Position numbers and translations under genes: made by a program
DNA from: Paramecium tetraurelia
Lineage: Eukaryota
DNA length: 64,000 bases
Direction of reading: 5' to 3'
NCBI GenBank assembly: GCA_000165425.1
Contig: CT868496.1
Coordinates: 186,001-250,000, forward strand
The notes under the pieces: model-generated
Seen by the model: only the letters and a program-made list of their open reading frames with translations
The model's database searches: none
What the model was told of the DNA's origin: nothing
Shown: positions 12,043-24,409 of the stretch, piece after piece
Layout of the letters: every line of letters starts with the position of its first letter
Position numbering within the stretch: position 1 is the first letter of the stretch

Positions 12043-13226
12043 ATGCAATAATCTCAATACTAGATCTGTGTGTTAGGAAGTGCGAATTCTGATCATTTCC
12101 TTGAAGTTGAAGACTTTCCTAAAGAAGGAGAGACTATCGCTTCTAAGGTAAGCCATCATTCGATCTTATTAGAAATCCTATTTAAAAAATGGAGGCAAGG
12201 GGGCTAATCAAGCAGTTGCATCGGCTCTGCTTAAATCCAAGATCATCTTTGCAGGTCAAATTGGAAAGGATGAGCTTGGCTAATTGTTAGTCAAAGAAAT
12301 GACATTGGCAGGAGTAGATTTAACTGCCCTTAGAAAAGTAGATGAATAAACAGGATAGGCCATAATTCTGTTAAATAAGAAAGGAGAAAATCTTATCATC
12401 ATCGTTGCAGGAGCTAATGGATATTATGAAACCTTGGATGTCTTACCACAGGAATACCAATAAGCTATTGAATCATCAGATTTATTGTAATTACAAATGG
12501 AAGTACCACAGTCCATCAACATCTTGGCTGCTAAATATGTAAGAATTATACTAATAGATAGATGAGCCAAAATGATAAGATTACAGTTTTGGATTGCGGA
12601 GGCAAAGCTGAGAAATTAAAGAGTGATTTCCTTGAGAAATTGACAATTGTGAGTCCCAACGAAACAGAATTGGAGCGTATCTTAGGAGAAGATCTTAATA
12701 TGGATGCAGATTCAAATGCAGAAGAGTAAGAATTAGTTCATATTCTATAGGTTTCTTACCAAAACCATACATGACAAGGTGTTCACTCGTTATCCAGATT
12801 TAATTGTTCTATTGAAGTTAGGTTCGAATGGAAGTATGCTTGTGACTAAAGGATATAGTGTAAGATGTCAAACAGTGACACAATTAAGTAGATATCTTAT
12901 TACAATTACATTTTAGACCCTAACATTTTGGAAGAGTACAAAATCGTCGATACTGTTGGTGCTGGTGATTGTTTCACTTCTGCATTTACTGTGTCATTTT
13001 ACAATTCCTTAATTGAGTTTGGACCAGCCAGAATTTCAAGTAATTATCAATGAATATTCTCGTAGCTCTGAGAAAGATAGACGTTGAAACACAAAAGAAA
13101 TTGTTCTACAAGGCCATGCATTTCGGAAGTGCTTCTGCATTCTTGTGCATTACTAAACATGGTGCTATGCCATCAATGCCAAAGTTTGAGACAGTAGACA
13201 ATTTCATCAAGAAGTATTTCCCATGA
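12043..13226 (+). CDS. Ribokinase (PfkB family)
   Basis: ICVLGSANSD, GGKGANQAVA, PNETEL, DTVGAGDCF, KHGAMPSMP. Several tiny introns; TGA 13224-13226. Confidence 0.93.
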
Positions 13227-13262
13227 AATAGAAATTATAAAATAATTACAATATAGAATATT

Positions 13263-15243
13263 ATGTCAGAAGGAATTTATACAGAGACTTTGAAGGATAA
13301 GTTTACTCTATCTCCATTTGAAAAGTACTCTAAATACGGCAGATTTCCCTTTAAGTTTCTAATCTCTTGTACATTAGTTTTCCTAACCACTTTACAAGTG
13401 ATATTGATCTCTGAACATTACACATATAATAATTCAGGACAAATAATTTAATTTGGTACAGTATGTCTATATAGTAATAGTGGCATTATTTTTGAATGCG
13501 GATGAACCTATGAATAATAAAATTACTTTACTTACAATCGATGACTTTTAGGATTCCTTGAATAATACTCTCAATAATCTGGCCAATATTGATGATATCA
13601 CAGTTTAGGATACTAAAATTTTAGGTAATACCTTCTTTTAGATCAATTATAATTATCCTTTTGAAGCATACAGAATTGATTATCCTTTTATGCGAAATGT
13701 TACTTTGGGTAAACCATTACTCGACCCATTTGACTTAGAAGATGATGATCAAATACGTGATTTTTGGACTAATGCTTATGAATTAACACTGACTGTGAAC
13801 TAAATCAAAGTAGAATCATAATAGCGATCTGCTTGTTGGGATCTCTAGATTACATATTAATTCATTAATTATGGCTATATTGATGCCACCATTACTACAA
13901 TAGGGGGGATTTGTGCAGAAAACAGAGAAGAAGGACATGGATCTGCATTCAATAGTGCTGCTGTTAGAATAGATAATATGTTGTTGTAATTGAGTATAAT
14001 TTTATTGGCATTTATTGATGTTTGTTTGGGAGTCAAATATATTTATGAAGTTATTGAAATGTACACAAATAACATTTCAAAATTGAAGAAAAAAAGAAAG
14101 TTCAAAGTTCCTGAATACAAATTATATAAAAATCAGAATCTCACAACATTAAAGATCATCTTAACTGAATAAAAGCCTTGGGAGTAATTGACAATAAAGG
14201 AAAAGCTATTGTTTTTTGATCTATTTTTACCCATTAGAATCTTAGGGAATATCATTTAACTAATATCAGCTGGTATACTAATATCTGAGACTTTCATAAG
14301 AGTTGATGGTTTGTCTTAATATGATGAGTTGATGGCTGGATTGGGTTGCTTTTTCGCATGGTTTTCAATAGTGAAATACTTGGATTACTATGAAGAATTG
14401 CATTTAATTGCATCAGTATTAGAGTCATCTATTTTACCAGTGTGTATGGCTATTTTAAATTTCTTACCAGTCTTTTTAGGCTATGCTCTGTTGGGTATGT
14501 GTTTGTTTAGCGATTCTCATTAGTTTGTGAGTTTATCGTCTTCAATAAATGCTCTATTTTCATTGATTTATGGAGATTCAATATCTGATGTGGCTAGAGA
14601 TAGTTCTAGAGGGGTTAGCTTAGAATTGTCATTGATTTACATAGTCACTTATATTTTATTGTTCTTATTTGCTGTGCACAACATTATGGTGGCTTTGATA
14701 AAGGAGTAGTTGGAAATTCGTAAGGATTTGATATTCCAGGAGAAGGAGTTGATGAATCAATTGGACATGAGTAACAACTATTAGTATTAAATGTATTTGA
14801 TGAAACAGACAACTATGATGAATCGTAGTGTAATGAAGGATGATTTTGGTTCAATGATGCAATCTTAAAGTGGGAATAATCAATAACAATAGATGAACAA
14901 GTAGATCTCTTTGAAATCGATAACGAAGTTGGCGATGTTGCATAAACAGAAGTCAGCTGATGTTTCTAAATAGGAGATGGAGAACAATTGGAAGCAAATT
15001 TGTAAAGAGGAGATGTAAAACCATTATATTTATAATATATTGATATCAACAATAGCTGAGACTAAGAATATTTTGAGCAATGTGGAATTGGAGTTGTGGA
15101 ATGATATTGATTCTAGTCCATTTACTGTGATTGATAAGAAGGAGATAATCACACTGTATTGTTCCTAGTTGATTAAGAAACATCAGAAAATGAGGAATAT
15201 CTTTAATAAAACAAAGTAAATAAGCTAAAATTTGAAACAATGA
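13263..15243 (+). CDS. Mucolipin/TRPML-like cation channel
   Basis: LKDKFTLSPFEKYSKYGRFPFKFLI (TRPML pre-S1 motif); large luminal loop; GLGCFFAWFSIVKYL; PVFLGYALLGMCLF; pore ALFSLIYGDSISD; Q/M-rich C-tail to TGA 15241-15243. Confidence 0.88.
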
Positions 15244-15274
15244 AATGAGTATAATTATTAATAATTAGTATTTG

Positions 15275-16117
15275 TCAACATGGAATATTTTCTCTTCTTG
15301 CTTGTTTTTTGGTCAGACAGAACTTGACTTTGTGTCTTCTAGAGGGTGATTGTGTGTTTAATTAACTACCAAGTTGCAAGCTGCAAATGCTCTGTCGACT
15401 CGAGTTAAGAGACGAGGGGTTTTTCAAAATGCTTTTGGGTGTAGTAATCGAACTTTGGGACTTTGATTTGTCTGATAATTCTAATTGTAACAAGGAGGAT
15501 TGGGGATTGTTTCTTTTAGATTTATTATTGATTTTGTTTCTTGATTGTCTCAGTAAATATTGCTGATTATATTGATTCATGGTGTTGCTCACTATTTTCG
15601 ATCTCTCTTTTCGGGTTTCTGAGAGGTGATGATTGGAATCTTATTTTTGGCCTAGATGTAACTCCAAATTAGAATTGTAAGAGTCATTGGAGTAGTATGA
15701 AAACTAAGATCTCTTTTTCGAGGTGAATCTGTGAGGGACAGAAGGGGAAAGTGCTTCTTTATTCAGTTTGGAGAACTTGGATTTTGCATATTGAGGTTCA
15801 TTGATTGCATCTCCTTGATCTAGGAGTATTTGTGGTATGGCATCTTGCAATGAAGAGAAGTTATTTGAAATTAGAGACTGTTGTTAAGAAGGTTGAGTAG
15901 GTTTGGTGGATGAGGATTGCTATTCAGTGATAAGATTCAGAATATGTTGTTTTTTGTAAGAAATCTCGCGTTTAAAGTGATACTTTTATTTGCTCAATAG
16001 CCAATCCATCTTCTGATCCAGACCCAATTCCTCAGGCTCATTAATATCATTGAGATCGAAATCGTCCTTCATCATGCCAGAAGTGTGTCTTAATTTTTCT
16101 CGATTACGAAATGACAT
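15275..16117 (-). CDS. Ser/Gln-rich disordered protein with SILK and RVxF-type motifs
   Basis: ATG 16117 (MSFRNREKLRHTSGMMKDDFD); low-complexity body; C-terminal PKSILKNPSS and RRHKVKFC; TGA 15277-15275. Confidence 0.75.
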
Positions 16118-16131
16118 ATATTTAATTAAAT

Positions 16132-16508
16132 ATGTTTTGGGGTGTAAAATTATAAAATGGATAAATCAAAACCATAAAGGCCAATCTGATAATCACCAAC
16201 CTCTGTGGTCTTGGCACAGTGAGACTCAATAACATAATGATTGCGACGCTGACAACCAAGTAGGTTTGATACTCATAATATAAGAAAAGCCCCAACTTTT
16301 GGTTGATTATAAAATAAATGGAGAATTCACATTGTAAAGCGAGGGAGGTGATGTTGATGTGTGTGGGTACTATGCTGACAAGGAGTCTTTGGACGAGTAG
16401 GATTTGCAATAATTATCGATTAAAGCATAATCAATGTAAAGTGAGGAACAGTTGGATGCCATATTTAAGGAGCAATTAAGAAATATATAGAAAATGCTCA
16501 AAAAATGA
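16132..16508 (+). CDS. Stand-alone nucleoplasmin-like (NPL) domain protein
   Basis: MFWGVKLQNG...IITNLC...IATLTTKQPQLLVDYKINGEFTLQSEGGDVDVCGYY follows the FKBP39/HD2-type NPL pattern (MFWG start, VxxxGY end). One 26-nt intron (16264-16289); about 116 aa. Confidence 0.75.
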
Positions 16509-16599
16509 GGTTTAATTAGTGCTTATTGTTATAAATTTAATATAATTTGGATTTATATGGGAATAAACAAATAAAATTTAATAATTAAAAATCTTTTTA

Positions 16600-17830
16600 A
16601 TGGCTAACATACCATAGCAATAATATTCAACACCATCAAATTTACCTTCATACAATAGAGATCAATCCACTTACCAATAACCAACCTTGGGATAATAGCA
16701 AGTTCCATAGAGTAATTATCAACCTCAACAATCTGCTGAGAAAGGATTACAATACTTGCCTTAACAACAAGGTATATTGCCACAAAATGTTTAAACACAA
16801 CCATTGTATGGACAACCACAAGTTGGAATCGTAGGATAACCATTCACTCAACAACCCATATTTGGCCAATCCTAAATTTAACAACTACCCCAACAAACAG
16901 TGGAAACCCAATAAGGACAAGTGGTAAAGGGACAGTCCAGAATTGAATACATTCCATATGAGAGAACAATTACGGAATACGAAGAAGTGAGAAGACAAGT
17001 GCAAGTACCCATCACTAAATAAGTCACCGACTATTATGCAGTCCAATATGACATCGAATACATCCCTTAAGTTATTCAGGAGAAGTAAGTCGAATACGTC
17101 CCAGTTGAACGAGTAGCAGAAAGAACTGAATACTACACAGTCGAGAGATAAAACGTAATCTAATAAGTATGACTCAATCATAAGACTTAGCCTGTCGGAT
17201 ATCAATCATCTCAAGTCCAAACTTCCTATGCACCAGTCTAAACTCAACAATTCACTCAACAGTATACCCAATATGTCCCACCTTAACAAACCATTGCATA
17301 CTAATAGCCAGTCCAAATTTAATAGCAATATCAAACCAGAGAAGTCATTCATTAACCAATTGTCCAATAATCCTATCTACAACAAAGAGAAGTCATACCA
17401 TAACAACAAGTCTAAGTCCAATAGTCAGTGGCATTACAACCAACCATCCCAACCACTCAATATTTACCACAACAACAATATCAAACCCAACCCTAATTGC
17501 AAATAGCTTAAGTAATCACCTCATATACATAAATAGACTGTGCCATTGAATTATGGACAATAAATCTAAACAATTTAAACTCAATAACAACCAATCGTCA
17601 ATCCAGCCACCCAACCAACCACCTAAATTAATCAAGGATATTCCATCCCTGTTACCTAAACCTAAGCTCCCCAATATTCAGTCTATGGACAGCAATCCCT
17701 TGGTCCTCAATAGCCTAAAACTTAATAGCCTCTAGCTCAAACTACACAATACAACCCTTAATTGTAACAGACTGTTGCACCAGCATAAGTATCTAGTTAT
17801 AATTATACATCAGTTCGCTTAATCAGTACC

Positions 17831-17864
<34 letters not shown>

Positions 17865-18008
17865 TAACAATCCATCCCTCAAGATATGGGAAGAACCAGA
17901 CCTTATCAATAAGGCCAGTTGCCTCAATAACCATCCCAACCTCAATAGGCTGGCACAGCATAGAAATAAAATAAAGAAAAATCATTCTTGGAGAAATTGT
18001 TCGATTGA
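16600..18008 (+). CDS. Epiplasmin (Paramecium cortical cytoskeleton family)
   Basis: Core VVKGQSRIEYIPYERTITEYEEVRRQVQVPITKQVTDYYAVQYDIEYIPQVIQEKQVEYVPVERVAERTEYY flanked by Q/P/Y-rich arms; C-terminus KEKSFLEKLFD-TGA. Confidence 0.85.
17832..17870 (+). repeat. (TAA)10-CAA-TAA-CAA microsatellite encoding poly-Gln in the epiplasmin
   Basis: Ten consecutive in-frame TAA codons followed by CAA TAA CAA. Confidence 0.9.
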
Positions 18009-18046
18009 TTATTTTTGCATAAAATACATAAATATAATTAAAATAT

Positions 18047-21000
18047 ATGAATTATCTTTTTATAATCGGCTCTTTGATAATATATTCAATTTTTGGTGAA
18101 TTAATATTGCTCACGAAAGGAGATCATTATCATGAGATTTTTGATATTAACAAATATGAAATTTCCACAGATTGCAACGAGAAACACATTTAAATCCAGG
18201 AACACAAAGTCAATGAGTAGGTTCAATTGTTAGAGAAAACCTAAATAGAACAAGTACTCTCATATCATATAACCTAGATTGTCTACTACCCAAATGATTA
18301 GAATACCATACTCATCTTGGAGAAGATAGGTAAAATCACCATACTCTTCAAGGATAATCAATAATTCAATTCTCCCTTCAAAGAATTGGGAACAGTCGAT
18401 CTCAACACCAAGGGTCTACCTGATTTCACCTGTAGCGATATGACTCAATACTCACTCGACATATTTATAGCTGTCTGCAAATCAGAAAATGATATTTACA
18501 TCTCCATAATTGAATGCATCGCTGAAGATAATAAATATTTATCCGGTTGCTATTCACATCTGTACTTAAATTCAGAGTAACTGAACAATTGCGATAACTT
18601 AAATATCATCACTGAGAGTTCTTGGAGAGTCAAAGATCCTGAGTATTTTAGCATTTATTGTTCCTCCCAAGACAATTTTAAAGTCAACAGACCACTATTA
18701 ATTGGTAAATTTAATAATCAAGCTAATTCTATATAAATGGCTAGACTTACCAGTTCAATCAATGAAATTGAAAAAATATCCTTTTTCGATGACAACACCC
18801 TTATGATATTAGATCATCGATCAGCATTGCATGTTTTTAGATTTGCATTCACAGATGATGGTGACATCACCTACGAACAATTATTGTGGTAATTGTTTTT
18901 ACCGAATGAATTATTTTATGCACTCAGCTACTCCCATGAACAATATGCCATCAGATTCCCACCCATCGGAATCATAGAGAATGACATTCAATATAGCATC
19001 GTAATACTGAGCGATCATTTTATATATGAATTAGCTTTACCTCAATAATCGAAAGATTTTTTCTTTACTGCACTCCCAATTAATGATAAGATTAGCATTC
19101 GCAATATACTCAGTGATAAGTAGATCAAAAAGGGATAAATTCAATATGATGAGTAGTTCTATTATGTTTGCTTTACTTACATTTAAAATTCTATAGAATG
19201 TTATAGAATTAATAGACATCAATCCTACACTGAAAAATTATTACTTCGAAATAAATACCAACACCCCATGCTATTAACATATCCTGTTTCCTTTTCCACC
19301 ATAACTGGACAGACCAACATTTTGATAACTCAATAGATGAATCAAACCAAGGCAGTTTTAAGTTTAATTAAAAATGAAATTGAAAGAATAACTGTAGTCT
19401 CCACATCCAACGATGAATTTCTTTGTTCTATTGTGTTAATTCCTCAAGAAACTTCAAAGTGTAATATTATGTAGAATCGGAATCAGAAAATTACACTTAT
19501 GATATATAATCAAAATTTTGAAAGCACCAATTTATACAAAATAGACCATTTGTAAAATTACAACTTTCCAAATACCGATTCAACTGTCCTATATTCTACT
19601 TTAATAAGAGGGCCTGCTGCTGTGCTTTAACCCAAGAGCGATAAGAAAAGTAAGAAGTATTAATATTTTAGATTAGATGTTGAAGTCATAAGCCTTTCTG
19701 GCTTCGGGTATGAAATGTGGGAAGACTTGTATCAGAACTTTATCTAGCATTCTCGCATTCCTATTAGATCGTTTTTAGATAAAGGATTCAGAACCATATT
19801 CTTACAGATAGATTAAGTCAAAATGATAATTTAATAGGAAATTACAAATACAATTTATTTTACTCAGAAAATCTATTCCTTAAATTGTTCATCAGTCAAC
19901 ATTGTGAAGAATATAGTCAGCATCTCTCCATATTATATAATATTCTATTAAAAAACAACTTATTACACAGTCTTGAAAATGCTGAGAGTGGAAGAAGATT
20001 TATTGGAGTATGAATGTAAGAATGTTGAGTATCCACTCCACGATTAATAGCATGAAGTATTTGTAGACTTGGATTACATAAATTTATTTTTCACCACAAA
20101 CAACACAATCTATTATACTGACATTTATTTTAAAGGTGTGGTTACAATAGAAATTGATCGTAAATTTAGATAATTAAATTTTCAATTTTTAAAGAATGAC
20201 ATCATTCTAGGAAGTCATCAAAATAAATTATATTAGATCCAACTGACAAATCATTTTCAAGCAAATCATTTTAAGACAACTATTTCAGAAATAGAATTGG
20301 GTCAGTTGAGTCATAATTTTAAATTCTTTGTTTTGCAACTCAGAAAACCAATATTGACATTAGTTGTTGTAGATGACAGAATAACTCTATACACAATAGA
20401 TAATTTATAGGATATCAAGTTTGATTCTATGCTACCCTAATTCAATAGCATTATTAATGCTAATGAAACACATCTAAATTATTATATGTTAATAGTACCA
20501 ACCAATAAGCCAAATGAATTGTATATATATGATTTGTCAAAGACTGGATCAGATAGATTACATGCAATTCACAAATATCCAATTGAATCATAACCGATAA
20601 CGATATGCTATCCAAAAATGCTTTCCTTCCTATATTGTTTGTAATTTGCAAATGCTGACATAAATTGCTACTTTAATAAAATGCTTGAATTCGAACTGAT
20701 TGCTTCTGATCCTACCAACATTGATAATTAATTCTCAGTTGCAATCAATGCCTAATCTGCATTAAGTTACAGTGTGCAAAGTACTATTATATAAATTAAT
20801 ATTATAGAAACCCTCACTATCAATGGTAGTTTTAGATATTAGGATACAATGATAGAGAAGAGCGTAAAAATGTTGGAAGAAATTGACATCTACAAGACTA
20901 ATTATACAACTGAATTAAAAATCATGGATTATTATTCTGGTCCTATTTTCAATTATTAATTGTAAAGTGCCAAAGACTACAACATAAAAATGGTGCCATT

Positions 21001-22781
21001 CATCTTGGAATAGGATGATAATTTAGTTAGATTTAAGATCAATTAGACAATTCTAGGAACAAGTGTTTCTAAGGAGTATCTAATCATTTTGGGAGATGAA
21101 AACATAGGCATAATAGACATTCCTCAAACCTAATGTAAAATATCTTATAATGTAGATCATAAATAAGTAATTTAGAGTACCATAGATTATGATGAGATCA
21201 AGAATGTATTTTTTGATTAAGATTAACCAACTGTGAATAATTGTACTAAATCCTTTATTAATCCACTGTCAATTGCAGAATTATCAGCCATCCACATAAT
21301 AGCCTTATTTTGTTAATCCATGATGGTGAGAGTCAATGTCACTAACTAAATTAATCAATTAAGTTTTACTATCCTTTCGGATAACCAACCAATTGAGAAA
21401 TAGTTTTTAAACAATTTCTTCTTCTTAAATATCAATTTCAAAGATTTCTTGTACTAAAATCAAAGTTCTTTTCTTTTGGAAGATGTGAAGATGATTAACT
21501 TCCCAATTCAATTTAAACCAAAGTATAAATTTATTACTGTAACCGCTATGGTGAAGGGAAATAAAAGATACGACTCTGAAGACCGAGCCAGAGATAACTT
21601 AATTTGTATCTTCTATGGATACTTAGATTAGAGTTAGAGTTCATTAATGAATGGATCACTTTTGGATGTGATTGGAGCAGCTAATTTTAATAGAAATACG
21701 TTGATTGTTAACAATTTTTAGATGTATTGTATTAAGGGTTGCATCATTCAGGACGCTAATGATATCAAGATTGAAACGATTATTGAGTTAATATTCAATG
21801 ATCAATACTCGTTTAATCTGTATAAGTTATAGATAAGTTTCATATACGCAACAAAAAGGCAGCCATAATACAAGCTGATAAACGTGGAAACTCTAAACAT
21901 CAAAGAACTAAGTAAATTCATAATTATATTTATTTTAGTGAGTAATGTTATTAAGAATCAAATTGAATTCACATACATTGACACTGAAGTTCAATTCCAG
22001 AATGAGTCGACTTATACAATTAATGTAACGACGGATTCCCTAAGTTTTGATTTAGTTCAAATTTAGGGACGAATTGAGATTGAATAGATTTTCAAGTAAG
22101 ATAGAATTTGAAATAGACAATACACACAGTGTCAGAGTCCACCTGGATCGTTGAAGGCTTCCCATAATTAGTATTTCGCTATTAGTTGTAGAAATGCATC
22201 TAGAAACTACTCTGAGCAAACTCAGTTTGTTAAATTGTTCTTAAGGGGCCAATATTAAATAAATCATTCAGTGAAGTCTGTTATCCAGGCTGCTTAGATA
22301 TAAGGGAATCTAATGTTGTTGGACATACAAAAGGGGTATTTGAATGAACATGTTCGAATGTTGATTTTGGAATAAGACTATAACTAATAAGATTTTTAGT
22401 TAAGGTGGTTTCATCTCAATGATCAGTTTACATTATTAGTAATTTGAATGATCACTAAATTAGGCTGATTAGAATAGTACTCCTAAGAGTGTATTGAATG
22501 TGTAATTGTGTCCTAGCAATTTAAATGAGATCCAAGGTTTGTGTATGGATATCACAATTTCAAATACGGGATATCATCATTACATAACAACGGAATGGCT
22601 ATTATTTATATTTTTGATTGGTTTGCCCTTGATCATAAGTTGTAGTTTTATAATATTTTGCATCATCAATTATAAGGCAGAAAAGTAAAAAAGAGTTGAA
22701 TCTTTTGGAATGAATCTTGAACAGTAACTTAAGAAATAGTCGTCTCATGTATAATAAAGAATGGAAAATACTATCTATTGA
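18047..22781 (+). CDS. Giant (~1550 aa) type I membrane/surface protein of unknown function
   Basis: Signal-peptide-like start MNYLFIIGSLIIYSIFG; long beta-rich ectodomain with scattered Cys; single TM WLLFIFLIGLPLIISCSFIIFCII; short tail; TGA 22779-22781. Few introns. Confidence 0.8.
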
Positions 22782-22877
22782 ATATATATTTATTTCACAA
22801 TTAATCAGTGATTATAGTCATTATACTTGAATTGTTTAATGGTATTAATTCATAATTGAATAATAATTATTAAATAA

Positions 22878-24409
22878 TCACTGCTTGTTACAAATGAAGC
22901 TCTGCAACTTATGACAATCTTTGATGGATGTCTTAGCCAAATCCACATTAACGGAAACAAATCTGCCCATCATTGGTTACCCCTAATTGTTATGATAATT
23001 AAATTACAATGCCCAAAAGGAAATCAGTGTCAATACTCTCTGGGAAATTTGATCCAACATTTGGATTGATACAACTCCATAAAAATCCTGCATAAACTCC
23101 TCCCACAACTTATAAAACAGTGGGTCCAAATCTTCCATTGAATAACATCGAACTATCGACCTCATCCATAATGCTGCCAGTCCACCAGCCTCGGTTGTTG
23201 TTCATGATGATCATGGCACCAACCTTGTCAACTCCTCTCAAAGTAGGGTGGTTGATTGGGTGAATGACTTCCATTTCAGGATGGGTATTGTTGATGTCAG
23301 CATTCTTTGGAAGACCAGATATAAATTTCTTGGCCAAAGGATTATAATCGTAAACGTAATATTAAGATGGGGCATATCCAGTTTCAGGATCAGCCAAATA
23401 GTCTTGGATACTGTAAGCCTCTCCATGAGGTATCAATACCCCAGTAATATCTTAATTCGGAAGCCAACTCTTGGCTAATGTCTGTACTGAAGGCTTGGTA
23501 GATACAATGGTTTTTCCATCTCTGATTGTATACATGGATTCAATTTGGGGGTCCTCGTGACTGCCTCTAGCCACCTAGATAGGTACGAGTCCTTCAGTCA
23601 AGAATCCTCTGCAGGACCATGTATTGTAAAATTTATTATTAATATCTTTGGGAATATCCTTCATCATTTGATTATCATATTCTGAACAATGTATTGTGTG
23701 AACACCCAACACCTGGGCTAGTTTAGAATGATTCCTAGCTTCCAAATATTTCTTCAACAATTATTTGTTCACATCTTTGAATTAATCATCATGCTTCAAG
23801 TAATACTTGGCACAATCTTCTAATCCTCTCTTTACACAATGTGATACTACACCAGGGTTGAATCCCATCTCCAGAATGCTTGTAGCTCCACTCCTTGGAT
23901 TCCAATACTTCGATTATTTGGCCTTGTCCTTAATGTATCCTAATGAGAGTTTGTATGCTTCCTCACTATTCTTAGGACAAGAATTGGCATCCTCACTGTC
24001 TTCCCATTGTTCCAAGGCTGTGTTCATGTATCTTATCTTTTTCTCTGCGCATAATGGCCAAATCGATAAGAAATCAATGTTCGTTGACAAATCCACTAAA
24101 ATGTCTCCGCTTTGCAATCTAGTTATTGATGAATTATATTACCCCATCCTTGAGAGAGTGTCACCTATATTTTCTTTGGTTCTTTCTTCTATTATGCATT
24201 CGAAACGATTCTCATTAGGTCTAAAGGCATCATATTTATCCAGAGCAACTATTTAGGCATCTCGGAATAAAGAACAATTTTATACTTGGGTGGTTTTTCA
24301 AAAGAACTTCGACAAAAGCACTCCCAATTGCACCATAGCCTAAAACTCCGATCTTCCTTGGTAAAGGATAAGAACCAAATTTCTAGATGCACTTCAAGGA
24401 CAAGGACAT
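22878..24409 (-). CDS. HSS: Homospermidine synthase (bacterial/chlorovirus type)
   Basis: Rossmann IGVLGYGAIG; DILVDLSTNIDF; RYMNTALEQW; MGFNPGVVSHCVKRG; HCSEYDNQ; FYNTWSCRGFLTEG; LIPHGEAYSI; YVYDY; GVDKVGA; WWTGSIM; GPTVL. Three introns (24261-24285, 24119-24142, 22983-23007). Confidence 0.9.

Noticed and set aside
22878..24409. HSS as bacterial contamination or a recent viral insertion
   Set aside because: It uses TAA/TAG as sense codons, has three tiny spliceosomal introns, and is flanked by typical ciliate genes with no integrase or repeats.
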